64,000 nucleotides of DNA from an uncultured delta proteobacterium (GTDB lineage: Bacteria > Myxococcota_A > Polyangia > Fen-1088), in assembly GCA_963796685.1 (NCBI GenBank), contig CAWCMR010000025.1, positions 2,059,623 through 2,123,622 on the forward strand. The letters run 5' to 3'. Each line of letters starts with the position of its first letter. Positions within the stretch are counted from its first letter, which is position 1. The notes beneath the pieces were generated by a model. It made no database searches and was not told the origin of the DNA. It was given only the letters and a program-made list of their open reading frames with translations. This document shows, piece after piece, positions 1 to 10,039 of the stretch. A program made the translations under genes and the position numbers.

Positions 1-319
1 TGCTGGCCATTTGACCGTTCGGGCTATCGAGGTAGCGCGGCTTTGCGAACCCCGTCGGTCCCTTGCGGGTGTAGCCCACACGGGTCACCCCATCGCAGCC
101 ATACGCTTCCCAGGCGATGGCGGTATCGTTGGCCCGCTCCACGAAAAACGGCTCGACCTCGAACTGGCTTGCGCCGTCCAGCGACACGAAGGGCGCGCCG
201 GACCGGTCAGGCCAATCGCTGCAACCACGCGCATCGGATGTCGGCTCTCTTGCCGCCGTCGATGGGCCGCAAGCCCACGCCACGAGCGGCAGGGCGCAAA
301 GAGGTGCCCGCCAATCCAT
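1..319 (-). CDS. Putative lipoprotein, 5' part only (runs off left edge)
   Basis: Manual translation from ATG at 319: MDWRAPLCALPLVAWACGPS... stays open to position 1; lipobox-like VAWA-C. Confidence 0.5.
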   Translation of the reverse strand, partial: MDWRAPLCALPLVAWACGPSTAAREPTSDARGCSDWPDRSGAPFVSLDGASQFEVEPFFVERANDTAIAWEAYGCDGVTRVGYTRKGPTGFAKPRYLDSPNGQMAS

Positions 320-483
320 GCGCGATCGTTTCACCGGATACAACGACTCCCGCTCCGGCGTTGATCGCGCGCGGTCGCAAATGCCATGGCCGCGCATTGT
401 ACGCCGGGCGAGGTTCTGGGCGCCATCATGCGACCCGGCGCGCCTCCCTTTCCCCTTGACTGCCGACGGCCAACTGCGGACTT

Positions 484-1932
484 ATGACAACCATCATGTC
501 GGTTCGTGTTCGCATCGCTCCATCGCCCACCGGCGATCCCCACGTGGGGACCGCCTACATCGCCTTGTTCAACTACGTGTTCGCCAAGAAGCACGGCGGC
601 CAGTTCATCCTGCGTATCGAGGACACGGATCGCGCGCGTTCGACGCCCGATTCCGAGGCGGCCATCCTGCGTGCTCTGCGCTGGGTGGGCGTGGGCTGGG
701 ACGAAGGGCCCGACGTGGGCGGGCCGTGCGGGCCGTACCGGCAGTCGGAACGCAGTGAGATCTATAAGTCCGAGGTGGCGAAGCTCGTCGCCACGGGTGC
801 GGCCTACCGGTGCTTTTGCACGGCCCAGCGGCTGGAAGAGATGCGTGCCGCCGCCAAGGGCAAGTCGTTCGTGGGCTACGACGGGCACTGCCGCGGCGTC
901 GACAAGGCCGAGTCCGACCGGCGCGCGACTGCGGGCGAGCCCTTCGTCATCCGCCTGGCCATGCCCAAGACCGGCGAGACCGTGTTCACCGATCGCCTGC
1001 GCGGCGAGGTCCGCTTCGACAACACCCAGATCGACGACCAGATCCTGCTCAAGAGCGACGGCTTCCCCACCTACCACCTGGCCAACGTGGTCGACGACCG
1101 CCTGATGGGCATCACCCACGTCATTCGCGCCGAGGAATGGCTGTCGTCCACGCCCAAGCACGTCGAGCTGTACAAGGCCTTCGGCTGGCAAGCACCCGAG
1201 TGGATCCACATGCCGCTCCTGCGCAACGCCGACAAGTCGAAGATCTCCAAGCGCAAAAATCCCGTCTCGCTCGACTACTACCGCGCCGCCGGCTTCCTGC
1301 CCGAGGCGCTGCTCAACTACCTCGGCACCATGGGCTGGTCCATCTCGGGCGACCGCGAGAAGTTCACCCTGGCCGAGATGATCGAGGTCTTCACCTTCGA
1401 CCGCATGAGCCTGGGCGGCCCGGTGTTCGACCTGGTCAAGCTGTCGGCCATGAACGCCGACTACCTGCGGGCGCTGGACGACGCGGGCATCGTGGCGCGC
1501 CTGCGCGGATGGCGCCTGGGCGACGAGTACCTGAAGCAGCTCGTGCCGCTGGTGCGCCAGCGGGTGCAGCGCCTGGACGAATTCATTCCCATGACCGAGT
1601 TCTTCTACTCGGGCGATCTCGACTACACGCCGGTCGCCAAGGATCTGATTCCCAAGAACCGCACCGCCAAGGACGTGGCCGATTGCCTGCTCGGCTTCGT
1701 CGAGGCCCTGGACGTGCAGCGCGACTTCTCCCACGCTGCCCTGGAAGCCGCCACGCGCGCCTACGCCGAGAAGATCGCCTGGGACGTGAAAGAGCTGTTC
1801 ATGGTCGTGCGCATGGCCGCCACGGCTCGCAAGGCCACCCCGCCGCTCTTCGAAACCCTGGCCGTGCTCGGCCGCGACCTCGTCCGCCGCCGCCTGCGCC
1901 TGTGCGGCGAATTCATGAAGCGGATGAAGTAG
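484..1932 (+). CDS. gltX: Glutamate--tRNA ligase
   Basis: [13 protein letters not shown] (HIGH-like), LRIEDTD, KISKR (KMSKS-like) motifs; start may be ATG 496. Confidence 0.97.
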   Translation: MTTIMSVRVRIAPSPTGDPHVGTAYIALFNYVFAKKHGGQFILRIEDTDRARSTPDSEAAILRALRWVGVGWDEGPDVGGPCGPYRQSERSEIYKSEVAKLVATGAAYRCFCTAQRLEEMRAAAKGKSFVGYDGHCRGVDKAESDRRATAGEPFVIRLAMPKTGETVFTDRLRGEVRFDNTQIDDQILLKSDGFPTYHLANVVDDRLMGITHVIRAEEWLSSTPKHVELYKAFGWQAPEWIHMPLLRNADKSKISKRKNPVSLDYYRAAGFLPEALLNYLGTMGWSISGDREKFTLAEMIEVFTFDRMSLGGPVFDLVKLSAMNADYLRALDDAGIVARLRGWRLGDEYLKQLVPLVRQRVQRLDEFIPMTEFFYSGDLDYTPVAKDLIPKNRTAKDVADCLLGFVEALDVQRDFSHAALEAATRAYAEKIAWDVKELFMVVRMAATARKATPPLFETLAVLGRDLVRRRLRLCGEFMKRMK

Positions 1933-1941
1933 GCGCAGGGC

Positions 1942-1957
1942 CATTACCATGGTAATG
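1942..1957. promoter_or_regulatory. Perfect 16-bp palindrome, probable antitoxin operator
   Basis: CATTACCATGGTAATG lies 7 bp upstream of the AbrB-type antitoxin start. Confidence 0.65.
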
Positions 1958-1964
1958 TGTATCC

Positions 1965-2225
1965 ATGGCGCTGGCACAATCGAGGATTACCGCACAGGGG
2001 CAGATTTCCGTTCCGCTCGAGGTGCGCAAGAGGCTCGGCATAGGGCCGGGGGCCGTGCTTGAATGGAATGAGGAGAACGGGCAGGTCTTCGTTCGCCGGG
2101 CCGGCCGCACCTCTTCGGTCGAAATCCATCAGGCCTTGTTCTCGGCTCGACCGCCGCACAAGAGCGCCGCCGAAATGAAAGAGGGGATCAGACGCCTCGT
2201 CAGAAAACGCCATGCGCGCCATTGA
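1965..2225 (+). CDS. AbrB/MazE/SpoVT-family antitoxin (VapB-like)
   Basis: SRITAQGQISVPLEVRKRLGI swapped-hairpin motif; overlaps the downstream PIN gene. Confidence 0.9.
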   Translation: MALAQSRITAQGQISVPLEVRKRLGIGPGAVLEWNEENGQVFVRRAGRTSSVEIHQALFSARPPHKSAAEMKEGIRRLVRKRHARH

Positions 2226-2592
2226 TACCAATGTTCTCGTGCGGCTCCTGGCGCGCGACGACGCCAAGCAAGTCGCGGCGGCCGAGCGTTTCGTGGAAAA
2301 CGGCGCCTGGGTTTCTCACCTGGTCCTGATGGAGACCGCGTGGGTGCTGGAGAGCGTCTATGACCTCGCCCCTGATCGCATCGCGCTCGCGCTGGAGATG
2401 CTGATTGGCCATGCCCATCTCACCATCGAAAGGGCGGAGGTCGTCGTGGCGGCGCTCGACGAGCTCCGCAAGCGACCGAAACTGGGGTTCTCGGACTGCC
2501 TCATCGTCGCCACGGCCCGCCACGCCGGCCACATCCCGGTCGCGACCTTCGACCGAGACCTGGCCAAGCTCGAAGACGTGCAGAGGCTGTGA
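2212..2592 (+). CDS. vapC: PIN-domain toxin (VapC family)
   Basis: IDTNVLVR ... ETAWVL ... FSDCLI ... TFDRDL acidic PIN motifs. Confidence 0.9.
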   Translation: MRAIDTNVLVRLLARDDAKQVAAAERFVENGAWVSHLVLMETAWVLESVYDLAPDRIALALEMLIGHAHLTIERAEVVVAALDELRKRPKLGFSDCLIVATARHAGHIPVATFDRDLAKLEDVQRL

Positions 2593-2702
2593 GCCAATCC
2601 CGCGCCCCGTCTCCGTGTCCTCCTCTGCCTCTGCGCTCCCTCCTTACAAAGAATCACACATGATTACAATTGCGTGACAATTGCGGGGGTAGGTTGCCCG
2701 TC

Positions 2703-4370
2703 ATGGACGCCTCCAGCGTGCTCACGACGCTCTACCTGATCATTCTTCCCTTGCTCGCGGTCTACGGGTTCCATCGCTCGTCGCTGGTGTATCTCTACTA
2801 CCGCCACAAGGACAAGCAGCCCGTCGAGCCGGGCAAGTTCGCCGACCTGCCCGCCGTGACGGTGCAGTTGCCGCTCTTCAACGAGATGTACGTGGTCGAG
2901 CGCCTGCTCGACGCCGTGGCGGCCATCCGCTATCCGCACGACCGCTTCCAGATCCAGGTGCTCGACGATTCCACCGACGAGACCTGCGACATCTGCAAGA
3001 ACAAGATCGAGCAGCTCATCGTGCGCTACCCCGACCTCGACATCGAGTACGTGCACCGTACGGATCGCACGGGCTTCAAGGCCGGCGCGCTCGACAACGG
3101 CCTGCGCACGGCCAAGGGCGAGCTGGTCATGATCTTCGACGCCGACTTCGTTCCCAACCCCGACATCCTCGAAAAGACCGTCCACCACTTCCTCGACCCC
3201 AAGGTCGCGGTGGTGCAGTGCCGCTGGGAGCACATCAACCGCGATTTCTCGGCCCTGACCGAGGCGCAGGCCCTGATGCTCAACGGTCACTTCGTGATGG
3301 AGCACGCGGGCCGCAACCGCTCGGGCCGCTTCTTCAATTTCAACGGCACCGCCGGTATGTGGCGGCGCGCGGCCATCGTGGATGCCGGCGGCTGGCACCA
3401 CGATACGCTGACAGAGGATATGGATCTGTCCTACCGCGCGCAGCTACGCGGCTGGCGCTTCGTGTACCTGCCCGACATCGCCGCGCCGGCCGAGCTGCCC
3501 GTCGAGATGTCGGCCTTCAAGGCGCAACAGTTTCGCTGGGCCAAGGGCTCGATCCAGGTCGCGCGCAAGCTTCTGCCGCGCATCCTCAGGTCGAACGCGA
3601 CCTTCGGCCAGAAGAGCGAGGCCTTCTTTCACCTGACCAACAACTTCGCCTACCCGCTCTTGCTGCTGCTCTCGCTGCTGCTCCTGCCCAACCTGATGTT
3701 TCGCACCACCCACGGCGTGCGCGAGGTGCTGCTCATCGATCTGCCGCTCTTCTTCGGCACCACCCTCAGCATCGCCTCGTTTTACGTCACCTCCGAACGC
3801 GAGGTCGCGCGCATGAGCGGCTCCACGTCGCACTCGACCTGGGGCACCCTGGCCCAGATCCCCTTGGTCCTGTCCCTCGGCATCGGCCTGTGCGTGAACC
3901 AGACCCGCGCGGTGATCGAGGCGGTGTTCGGCCGCGAGACCGAGTTCGTGCGCACGCCCAAGCACGGCATCTGCGGCAAGCTGGAATCCTGGTCGGGCAA
4001 GAAGTACCGCGCCGCCAAGTCGCTGACGCCGTTCTTCGAGATGTTCATGGCCGCGTACTTCGTGGTCGCGGTCCAGATCGCGATCGCCAACGGGCACTAC
4101 GTCTCCGTTCCGTTCTTGCTGCTCTTTCTCTTCGGCTTCTCCTACGTGGGCGCGCTGTCCATGTGGCAAGGCGGCTTCGGCCAGGCCCTGCGCAGGGTGT
4201 GGCAACGCGAGGAGCGCGCCGTGGTGCCCGTGTCCATGATGTCCGCGCCCTTCGTGGCGGCCATGCCCGACGCCACGCCCGGCCCCATCTTGCTGCCCAT
4301 GGAGGCGCGCCCGCTGCGCCCGGCGCGCGCCCGCGCAGGCAACGAGCCCCACGGCCGCGCTTCGGTTTGA
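2703..4370 (+). CDS. Processive GT2 glycosyltransferase, cellulose-synthase-like membrane protein
   Basis: DDS, FKAGAL, DAD, TED and QQFRW (QxxRW) motifs; N- and C-terminal TM segments. Confidence 0.9.
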   Translation: MDASSVLTTLYLIILPLLAVYGFHRSSLVYLYYRHKDKQPVEPGKFADLPAVTVQLPLFNEMYVVERLLDAVAAIRYPHDRFQIQVLDDSTDETCDICKNKIEQLIVRYPDLDIEYVHRTDRTGFKAGALDNGLRTAKGELVMIFDADFVPNPDILEKTVHHFLDPKVAVVQCRWEHINRDFSALTEAQALMLNGHFVMEHAGRNRSGRFFNFNGTAGMWRRAAIVDAGGWHHDTLTEDMDLSYRAQLRGWRFVYLPDIAAPAELPVEMSAFKAQQFRWAKGSIQVARKLLPRILRSNATFGQKSEAFFHLTNNFAYPLLLLLSLLLLPNLMFRTTHGVREVLLIDLPLFFGTTLSIASFYVTSEREVARMSGSTSHSTWGTLAQIPLVLSLGIGLCVNQTRAVIEAVFGRETEFVRTPKHGICGKLESWSGKKYRAAKSLTPFFEMFMAAYFVVAVQIAIANGHYVSVPFLLLFLFGFSYVGALSMWQGGFGQALRRVWQREERAVVPVSMMSAPFVAAMPDATPGPILLPMEARPLRPARARAGNEPHGRASV

Positions 4371-4417
4371 TCGCCATCCGCACTTGGTCGCGGTCGCGAA
4401 TGAGCGAAGTCCACCGA

Positions 4418-4489
4418 GTAGGGGCGGGTTTGAAACCCGCCCTCAGGTGTCTCGCGATCCAGTGGGGCGGGTTTCAAACCCGCCCCTAC
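4418..4489. repeat. Inverted pair of GTAG-type REP palindromes between convergent genes
   Basis: GTAGGGGCGGGTTTGAAACCCGCCC at 4418-4442 and an inverted copy ending CCCCTAC at 4464-4489. Confidence 0.85.
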
Positions 4490-4494
4490 CAGCG

Positions 4495-4965
4495 CTAGCC
4501 AGGGGTCGGTTTTGATTCCGCCCGGGCGGGCTTTTCGGTGGCCGGCTCGGGCACCAGCGGAAAGCGATCGCCGCGGGCGCGCCGCTGTTTGATCATCATC
4601 CAGCGACCGCCGCGCTGTTCCCAGCGCTGTTGCAGGGTGGCCTGGCGAACCGACGGATCGCTCTTCTTGTACCACTCGATCTTCACGTCGACCGTCGCCG
4701 CCTCGGCTCCTTGCATGAACCGCACTCCCAGCACCTCGTAGTCCACGATAACCAAATCCGCGTCCACCATGTTTGCGCGCGCCTGAAAGAGCGCGTTTTC
4801 TTCCGGGGTCATGGACTGTCCCACGATTTCCCAACGCCCCCAGCGGAAATCGTCGTTGAACATACGTGCGTCGCGAATCAAGTCGTCCTGGCGCCGCTGC
4901 GACGGGGTCATACACCCAAGCGCGCTCGCGAAAAGCAACGCCGCTGTCACGGTTCTCCATCTCAT
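4495..4965 (-). CDS. Hypothetical lipoprotein
   Basis: Signal peptide MRWRTVTAALLFASALG-C; coding-like composition. Confidence 0.7.
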   Translation of the reverse strand: MRWRTVTAALLFASALGCMTPSQRRQDDLIRDARMFNDDFRWGRWEIVGQSMTPEENALFQARANMVDADLVIVDYEVLGVRFMQGAEAATVDVKIEWYKKSDPSVRQATLQQRWEQRGGRWMMIKQRRARGDRFPLVPEPATEKPARAESKPTPG

Positions 4966-5025
4966 TGGACGACTCCCCTCGACTCTTTCAAGATCCGAAA
5001 ACCCTTCTGGTTGATTTCTTCCACG

Positions 5026-5928
5026 TCACTCGCCTGGCCGGCCGAAGACTACGCGCTCGATGCCGGCGAGATCCCGTCGCGTGCTCACCGCGCTGTACCC
5101 TTCGCCGCGCAAGAGCTCCGTCACCGCGGCGGCCTGACCTGCGCCGATTTCCATGGCCAGCGCGCCATCCGGCGCCAAGACCTGTCGCGCCTCGCTGGCC
5201 AGCCGGCGTATGAGCGCCAGGCCGTCCTCGCCACCGTCGAGGGCCAGGCGCGGCTCTCGAAGCACCTCGGGTGAAAGCCCGTCGATGTCTCGGGTGGGGA
5301 TGTACGGCGGGTTGCTGGCCACGAGATCGAAGGGGCCGCGTCCGGTCAGCGGCGCGACGAGGTCGCCCTGCAAGAAGGCGACTTCGAGGCCGAGGCGCTC
5401 GGCATTGCCGCGCGCCACTTCCAGCGCTTCCGGCGACAGATCGACGGCCAAGACCTCGTCGCCGGGGCGTTCTTTCTTGAGGGCCAGGGCCAGCGCGCCC
5501 GAGCCCGTGCCGATGTCCGCCACGCGCAACGCTCTCCCGCGGTCGGGCATCGCCTCGAGCAGCTCCAGCGCTTGCGCGACCAGGGTTTCCGTGTCGGGCC
5601 GGGGCACCAGCACGCGCGCGTCGACCATCAGATCCAGGCTCCAGAACTCCTTGCGACCGAGGATGTACGCCACCGATTCGCCGGCCATGCGTCGCTGCAC
5701 GAGGCCGCGGTACGCGCCGAGCTCGGGGTCGCCGAGGGGCTGATCGAAGTGCGTGTACAGCTCGACCCGCGTCCGGCCGAAAGCCTGCGTAGCCAGCAGC
5801 TCGGCGTCCAGGCGCGCGCTCGCGATGCCCTGGCGCTCGAATCGCCCGATGGTCCAGCGCAAGACCTCGAGGATGGTCCAGATCGGTTTCTGCGCGGGTG
5901 GCGCGGGCGGCAATCGACTGTCGAGCAC
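5026..5928 (-). CDS. prmC: Release factor glutamine methyltransferase PrmC/HemK
   Basis: VLVPRPDTE, DIGTGSG, SNPPY, DGGEDGL motifs; start codon uncertain. Confidence 0.93.
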   Translation of the reverse strand: MLDSRLPPAPPAQKPIWTILEVLRWTIGRFERQGIASARLDAELLATQAFGRTRVELYTHFDQPLGDPELGAYRGLVQRRMAGESVAYILGRKEFWSLDLMVDARVLVPRPDTETLVAQALELLEAMPDRGRALRVADIGTGSGALALALKKERPGDEVLAVDLSPEALEVARGNAERLGLEVAFLQGDLVAPLTGRGPFDLVASNPPYIPTRDIDGLSPEVLREPRLALDGGEDGLALIRRLASEARQVLAPDGALAMEIGAGQAAAVTELLRGEGYSAVSTRRDLAGIERVVFGRPGE

Positions 5929-6011
5929 CCGATGATTGTGCCGGATGCATCCCGGGATTGCGAGATTCCTTGGTTTCCGCCCCCGCGGCCGGGCTGCTAC
6001 ACTCGGCGGCG

Positions 6012-8134
6012 ATGAACCGTCCCAGCTCGGCGATAGTAGCCTGCGCAAGCGCCTTTCTGGTGGCCGCCGCGGCCTCGGCCACGACGACGCGACTGTTTCG
6101 CCAGAGCACGGCCAAGGACTTCGAGGAAGGGGAGGCTACGGCCACCATGGTTGCGCCCCGGGCCAAGTGCTGCCCGGCCTGAAGAGCACCCGCGTGGCCA
6201 TCGACGCGGCGTTTGCATGGTGCGGTGTCCTTTCGCGCGACCGGGGCACGGCGTACTTCGGCACCGGCGACCGCGGACGCATCTTTGCCGTGGCGGCCGC
6301 CGGGACGGGGGGCGCGCGCCTGCTGGCCCAGATCGATGCCCCGTGGGTTACCGCCCTGGCGGTGCGGCCCGACGGAAGCCTGCTGGCCGGCTCGACCCCG
6401 GGTGGACGCATCTTCGCCGTCGACGCCAAGACCGGCAAGAGCAGCGTGTTCGCCAAGCTCGACGCCGAGCACGTGTGGGCCATCGAATACGATGCCGTGC
6501 GCGCCCTGACCTATGCCGCCACCGGCGATGGCGGGAAGATCTTCGCCATCGACGCCAAGGGGCATTCGCACCTGTATTGGGATGCCGGAGACGCACACGT
6601 GATGTCGCTGGCCAGGGATGGCGATGCGCTCTTGGCGGGTACCGCGGGCAAGGCCTTGCTCTACCGCGTGTACGCCAACGGCCGCTCCGAGGCCTTGCAC
6701 GACTTCGATGCCGACGAGGTTCGGGCCATCGTGCGCGGCAAGGGCGCGATCTATCTGGCCGTCAACGATTTCGACAATCCGGCGGACACCAAGGATCCAG
6801 CGCCCACCGGCGCGCAGCCGGCCAAGGGCACGCGCATCGTGACTGGCCCCGCGCCCGCGTCGGGCGCCATCGCACGCGCCGACGCGGTCAAGGCCAAGGC
6901 CGCCATCTACCGGCTCGACGACGACGGCCGCATCGAGCAGCTCTTTGCCCTGGCCGACGGCTACTTCACCGCTTTGCTGCTCGACGAGAAGGGCAACCTG
7001 TTCGCCTCGGCGGGTAGCCAGGGCAAGATCTACCGCATCGCGCCCGATCGGACCGTGGCCCTGGCGGCCGACATCTCCGAACGGCAGGCGCTGACCATGG
7101 TGCAAACCCGGGATGGTTTTCTGGTGGGCAGCGGCGATGTCGGTGCCATCTACCGGGTGCGTCCGGTCCAGGGCGCCGAGGCCTCCTATCTCAGCAAGGT
7201 GTTCGATGCCGAAACGCCCGCGCGTTGGGGCCACGTGTGGTGGACTGGCTCGCGCGACTTGGTGCTGGAGACGCGTTCGGGCAACACCGGCAAGCCGGAT
7301 GCAAGCTGGTCGTCGTTTCTCCGGCTTGCCGACGTCAGCCACGCCGGGGGGGAGGGCACGGGCGGCATCCGCAGCCCGGGTGGTCGCTACTTGCAGTACC
7401 GCGCGACCTTGCCCGGCCGTGATTCGGTTCTGAGCGACATCTCGATCTACTACGCCCCCCACAACCAGCGTGCGCGCATCACCGAGGTCTATCTCGCCGA
7501 TGCATCGACGTCGGCCGGCCAAAGCACGGGCGGAACGTCTGCGGCCGCCGCGCCCTCGGCGGGCAGCGCGCGGGCGCACTCTTCGACGTTGAAGCTGCGT
7601 TGGAAGGTCGAGAATCCCGACAACGACGAGCTCATCTACAAGCTGTGGTTTCGCCAGGTGGGCGATTCCGTGTGGCGCCCGCTGGGCGGACCGGATCCCT
7701 TGGGCAAAGCCGAATACGACTGGAACACCGACTCGGTTCCCGACGGGCGCTACGCCATCCGGGTGTGGGCCTCGGACGAAAAGGTCACGCCCGCCGACCG
7801 CGCCCTCGACTTCCTGTTCGAGTCGCCCCCCTTCCTGGTCGACAACACCAAGCCGGAGATCCGCGGCCTTGCGACCCTGGCTGCCACCCCGATGCGCGTC
7901 ATCGGCCGCGCCCACGACGCGCGCTCCGTGATCTCGGCCATCGAGTTTGCCGTCGACGGCAACGAGTGGTGGCCGGCCCAGCCCGACGACGGAGTGCTGG
8001 ACGAACGCGACGAGGCGTTCACCGTGCAACTGTCGAAAGCGCTCGCTCCAGGACCGCACATCGTCAACGTGCGCGCCTGGGACTCCGCCGACAACGTGGG
8101 CTCGGCCCGCATCGAGATTCGCGTCGGGAAATAG
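6012..8134 (+). CDS. Secreted beta-propeller protein with C-terminal Ig/FN3-like domains; frameshift near 6160
   Basis: Signal peptide and start (MNRPSSAIV...) in one frame, continuing as GQVLPGLKS... in another; repeated GxIF/GKIY blade motifs; DNTKP Ig-like end. Confidence 0.7.
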
Positions 8135-8171
8135 CGCGAAGTCGCGCTCGGGACGCCGCCGAAAGGCGCGA

Positions 8172-8546
8172 CTACTTCGCGGCCTTGGCCTTTGCCTTCA
8201 CCTTGACGGCGGGCTTCTTGGCCTTGCGCTCGGTGGCCTTGGCCAGGTCGACCAGGCGCGCGTCCGAGTAGGCGGCCAGGCGCTCGACGAAGGGCTTGTC
8301 CTTGGTGCGGCCCAGGGCCTTGGCCACTTGCTCGACGAGAGCGTCGCGGTTGCTGTACTTGTCCTTCACCACCATCGCGACCTGATGCAGGCGCAGCAGC
8401 TTGGTGTTGGCGGCACTGCTCAGGCGCTTGCGCAAATCATCCTTCGACTCGTCGCCGCGGTCGAGCAGCCCGACCAGCTTGTCTACCAGCTTGTCCTTGG
8501 CGCCGAAGGTTTCGTTCACGATTGCGAGGGGGGATTTCTGCGACAT
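8172..8546 (-). CDS. Small basic hypothetical protein
   Basis: 124 aa, Lys-rich, strong GC3 bias, RBS-like GGAGA upstream. Confidence 0.75.
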   Translation of the reverse strand: MSQKSPLAIVNETFGAKDKLVDKLVGLLDRGDESKDDLRKRLSSAANTKLLRLHQVAMVVKDKYSNRDALVEQVAKALGRTKDKPFVERLAAYSDARLVDLAKATERKAKKPAVKVKAKAKAAK

Positions 8547-8594
8547 GGTCTGTCTCCGTCTTTCCGAAGAGGCTTAGCGACGAGGGCGCTTCTC

Positions 8595-9894
8595 TTACCT
8601 CAAAACGTGCAACGTCGCCAGAGTCTCTTGGGCGGCGGCCACAAAAGAATCGATTTCCGCATCCGTGTGCGCCAGCGAAATGAAGGCAGCTTCGAGCTGG
8701 GCGGGCGGCAAGTAGAAGCCGCGGTCCAGCATGCCGTGGAAGAAGTCCGCATAAACCTTGGTGTTCGCCCTCTTCGCGTCTGCGAAATCCGCAACCGGGC
8801 CTGGGAAAAAGAAGAGGGTGAAGGCTGACCCAACGCGCTGAACACACGCGTCGACGCTGGACTTTGAGATTGCGTCATGAATTCCTGCTTCAAGCCTGGC
8901 GCCCATGGTTTCGAGGCGCTCGTAGCTCTTGGCATTCAGCTGGCTCAGCATGGCAAGGCCCGCGGCCATGGCCAAGGGATTGCCCGAGAGGGTTCCGGCC
9001 TGGTACACCGGGCCGTCGGGAGCCACCATCTTCATGATGTCGGCCCGCCCGCCGTATGCGCCGAGAGGCAGGCCGCCACCGATGATCTTGCCCAGGCAGG
9101 TCAGGTCCGGGCGAACCGAATACAGTCTCTGCGCGCCCCCGGGCCCTGCCCGAAAGCCGGAGATGACTTCGTCGAAGATGAGCAGGGCGCCGGCTTCGTC
9201 ACACAGGCGGCGCAAGGCCTGCAGGTAGCCGGCCTTGGGCGGCACCAGGCCCATGTTGCCCGGAATCGGCTCCACGATGAGCGCCGCCACCTGGCCCGGA
9301 TTGGCGGCAAAGGCCGCGGCCATGGCCCGCTCGTCGTTGAAGGGCACGATGACGGTATCGGCCACCGCCGCCGCCGTCACTCCCGCCGAGCCGGGAATGC
9401 CCAGGGTCGCGGCACCCGAGCCGGCAGCGGCCAGCAGCATGTCCGCGTGTCCGTGGTAGCCGCCATCGATCTTGATGAGCTTGTTGCGCCCGGTGAAGCC
9501 GCGCGCCACCCGTAGGGCCGACATGGTGGCCTCGGTCCCCGAAGACACGAACCGCATGCGCTCCATCGAAGGGAAGAGGGCGCGGATGGCCTCGCCGAGC
9601 TCGAATCTCGCGCTCCGTCGAGGCCCCGAAGGTCGTGCCTTGCCCGGCGGCCTCGGTGATGGCGGCCACGACCCGCGGGTTGGCGTGCCCGAGGATGAGC
9701 GGCCCCCACGAACCGAGAAAATCGGTGTAGCGATTCCCGTCGGCGTCCCACACGAAGGCGCCCTCGCCGCGCGCGAGGAACACCGGCGTTCCCCCCACCG
9801 CCTTGAACGCCCGCACCGGTGAATTCACGCCGCCCGGGAAGAGCCCGCAGGCGCGTTCGAATAGTTGCCGCGATTTCTCGTTCTGCCTGCCCAT
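8595..9894 (-). CDS. hemL: Glutamate-1-semialdehyde 2,1-aminomutase; +1 frameshift near 9605
   Basis: [11 protein letters not shown] in ORF 9199-9894; [34 protein letters not shown] in ORF 8595-9566. Confidence 0.93.
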
Positions 9895-9967
9895 CTAGAA
9901 CACCTCCGGGTTGCGGAAGGGGCGCTGCGGCAATTCGTGGGGGTGCAAAGAGATCCAACAATGAGGT

Positions 9968-10011
9968 CCCCTCGCCCCGGCGTCAGCCGGGGAGAGGGAC
10001 AGGGTGAGGGG
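9968..10011. repeat. GC-rich palindromic element (CCCCTCACCC-type REP-like)
   Basis: CCCTCGCCCCGGC-GTCA-GCCGGGGAGAGGG hairpin followed by ACAGGGTGAGGGG, between gyrA and hemL. Confidence 0.55.
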
Positions 10012-10039
10012 CCAACCAGCCCCTAGGTCGTCGATCACG

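Noticed and set aside
4988-8059. 1023-aa minus-strand ORF and similar long antisense ORFs (41502-44723, 57179-59557)
   Set aside because: Shadow ORFs opposite real genes, expected with high GC3
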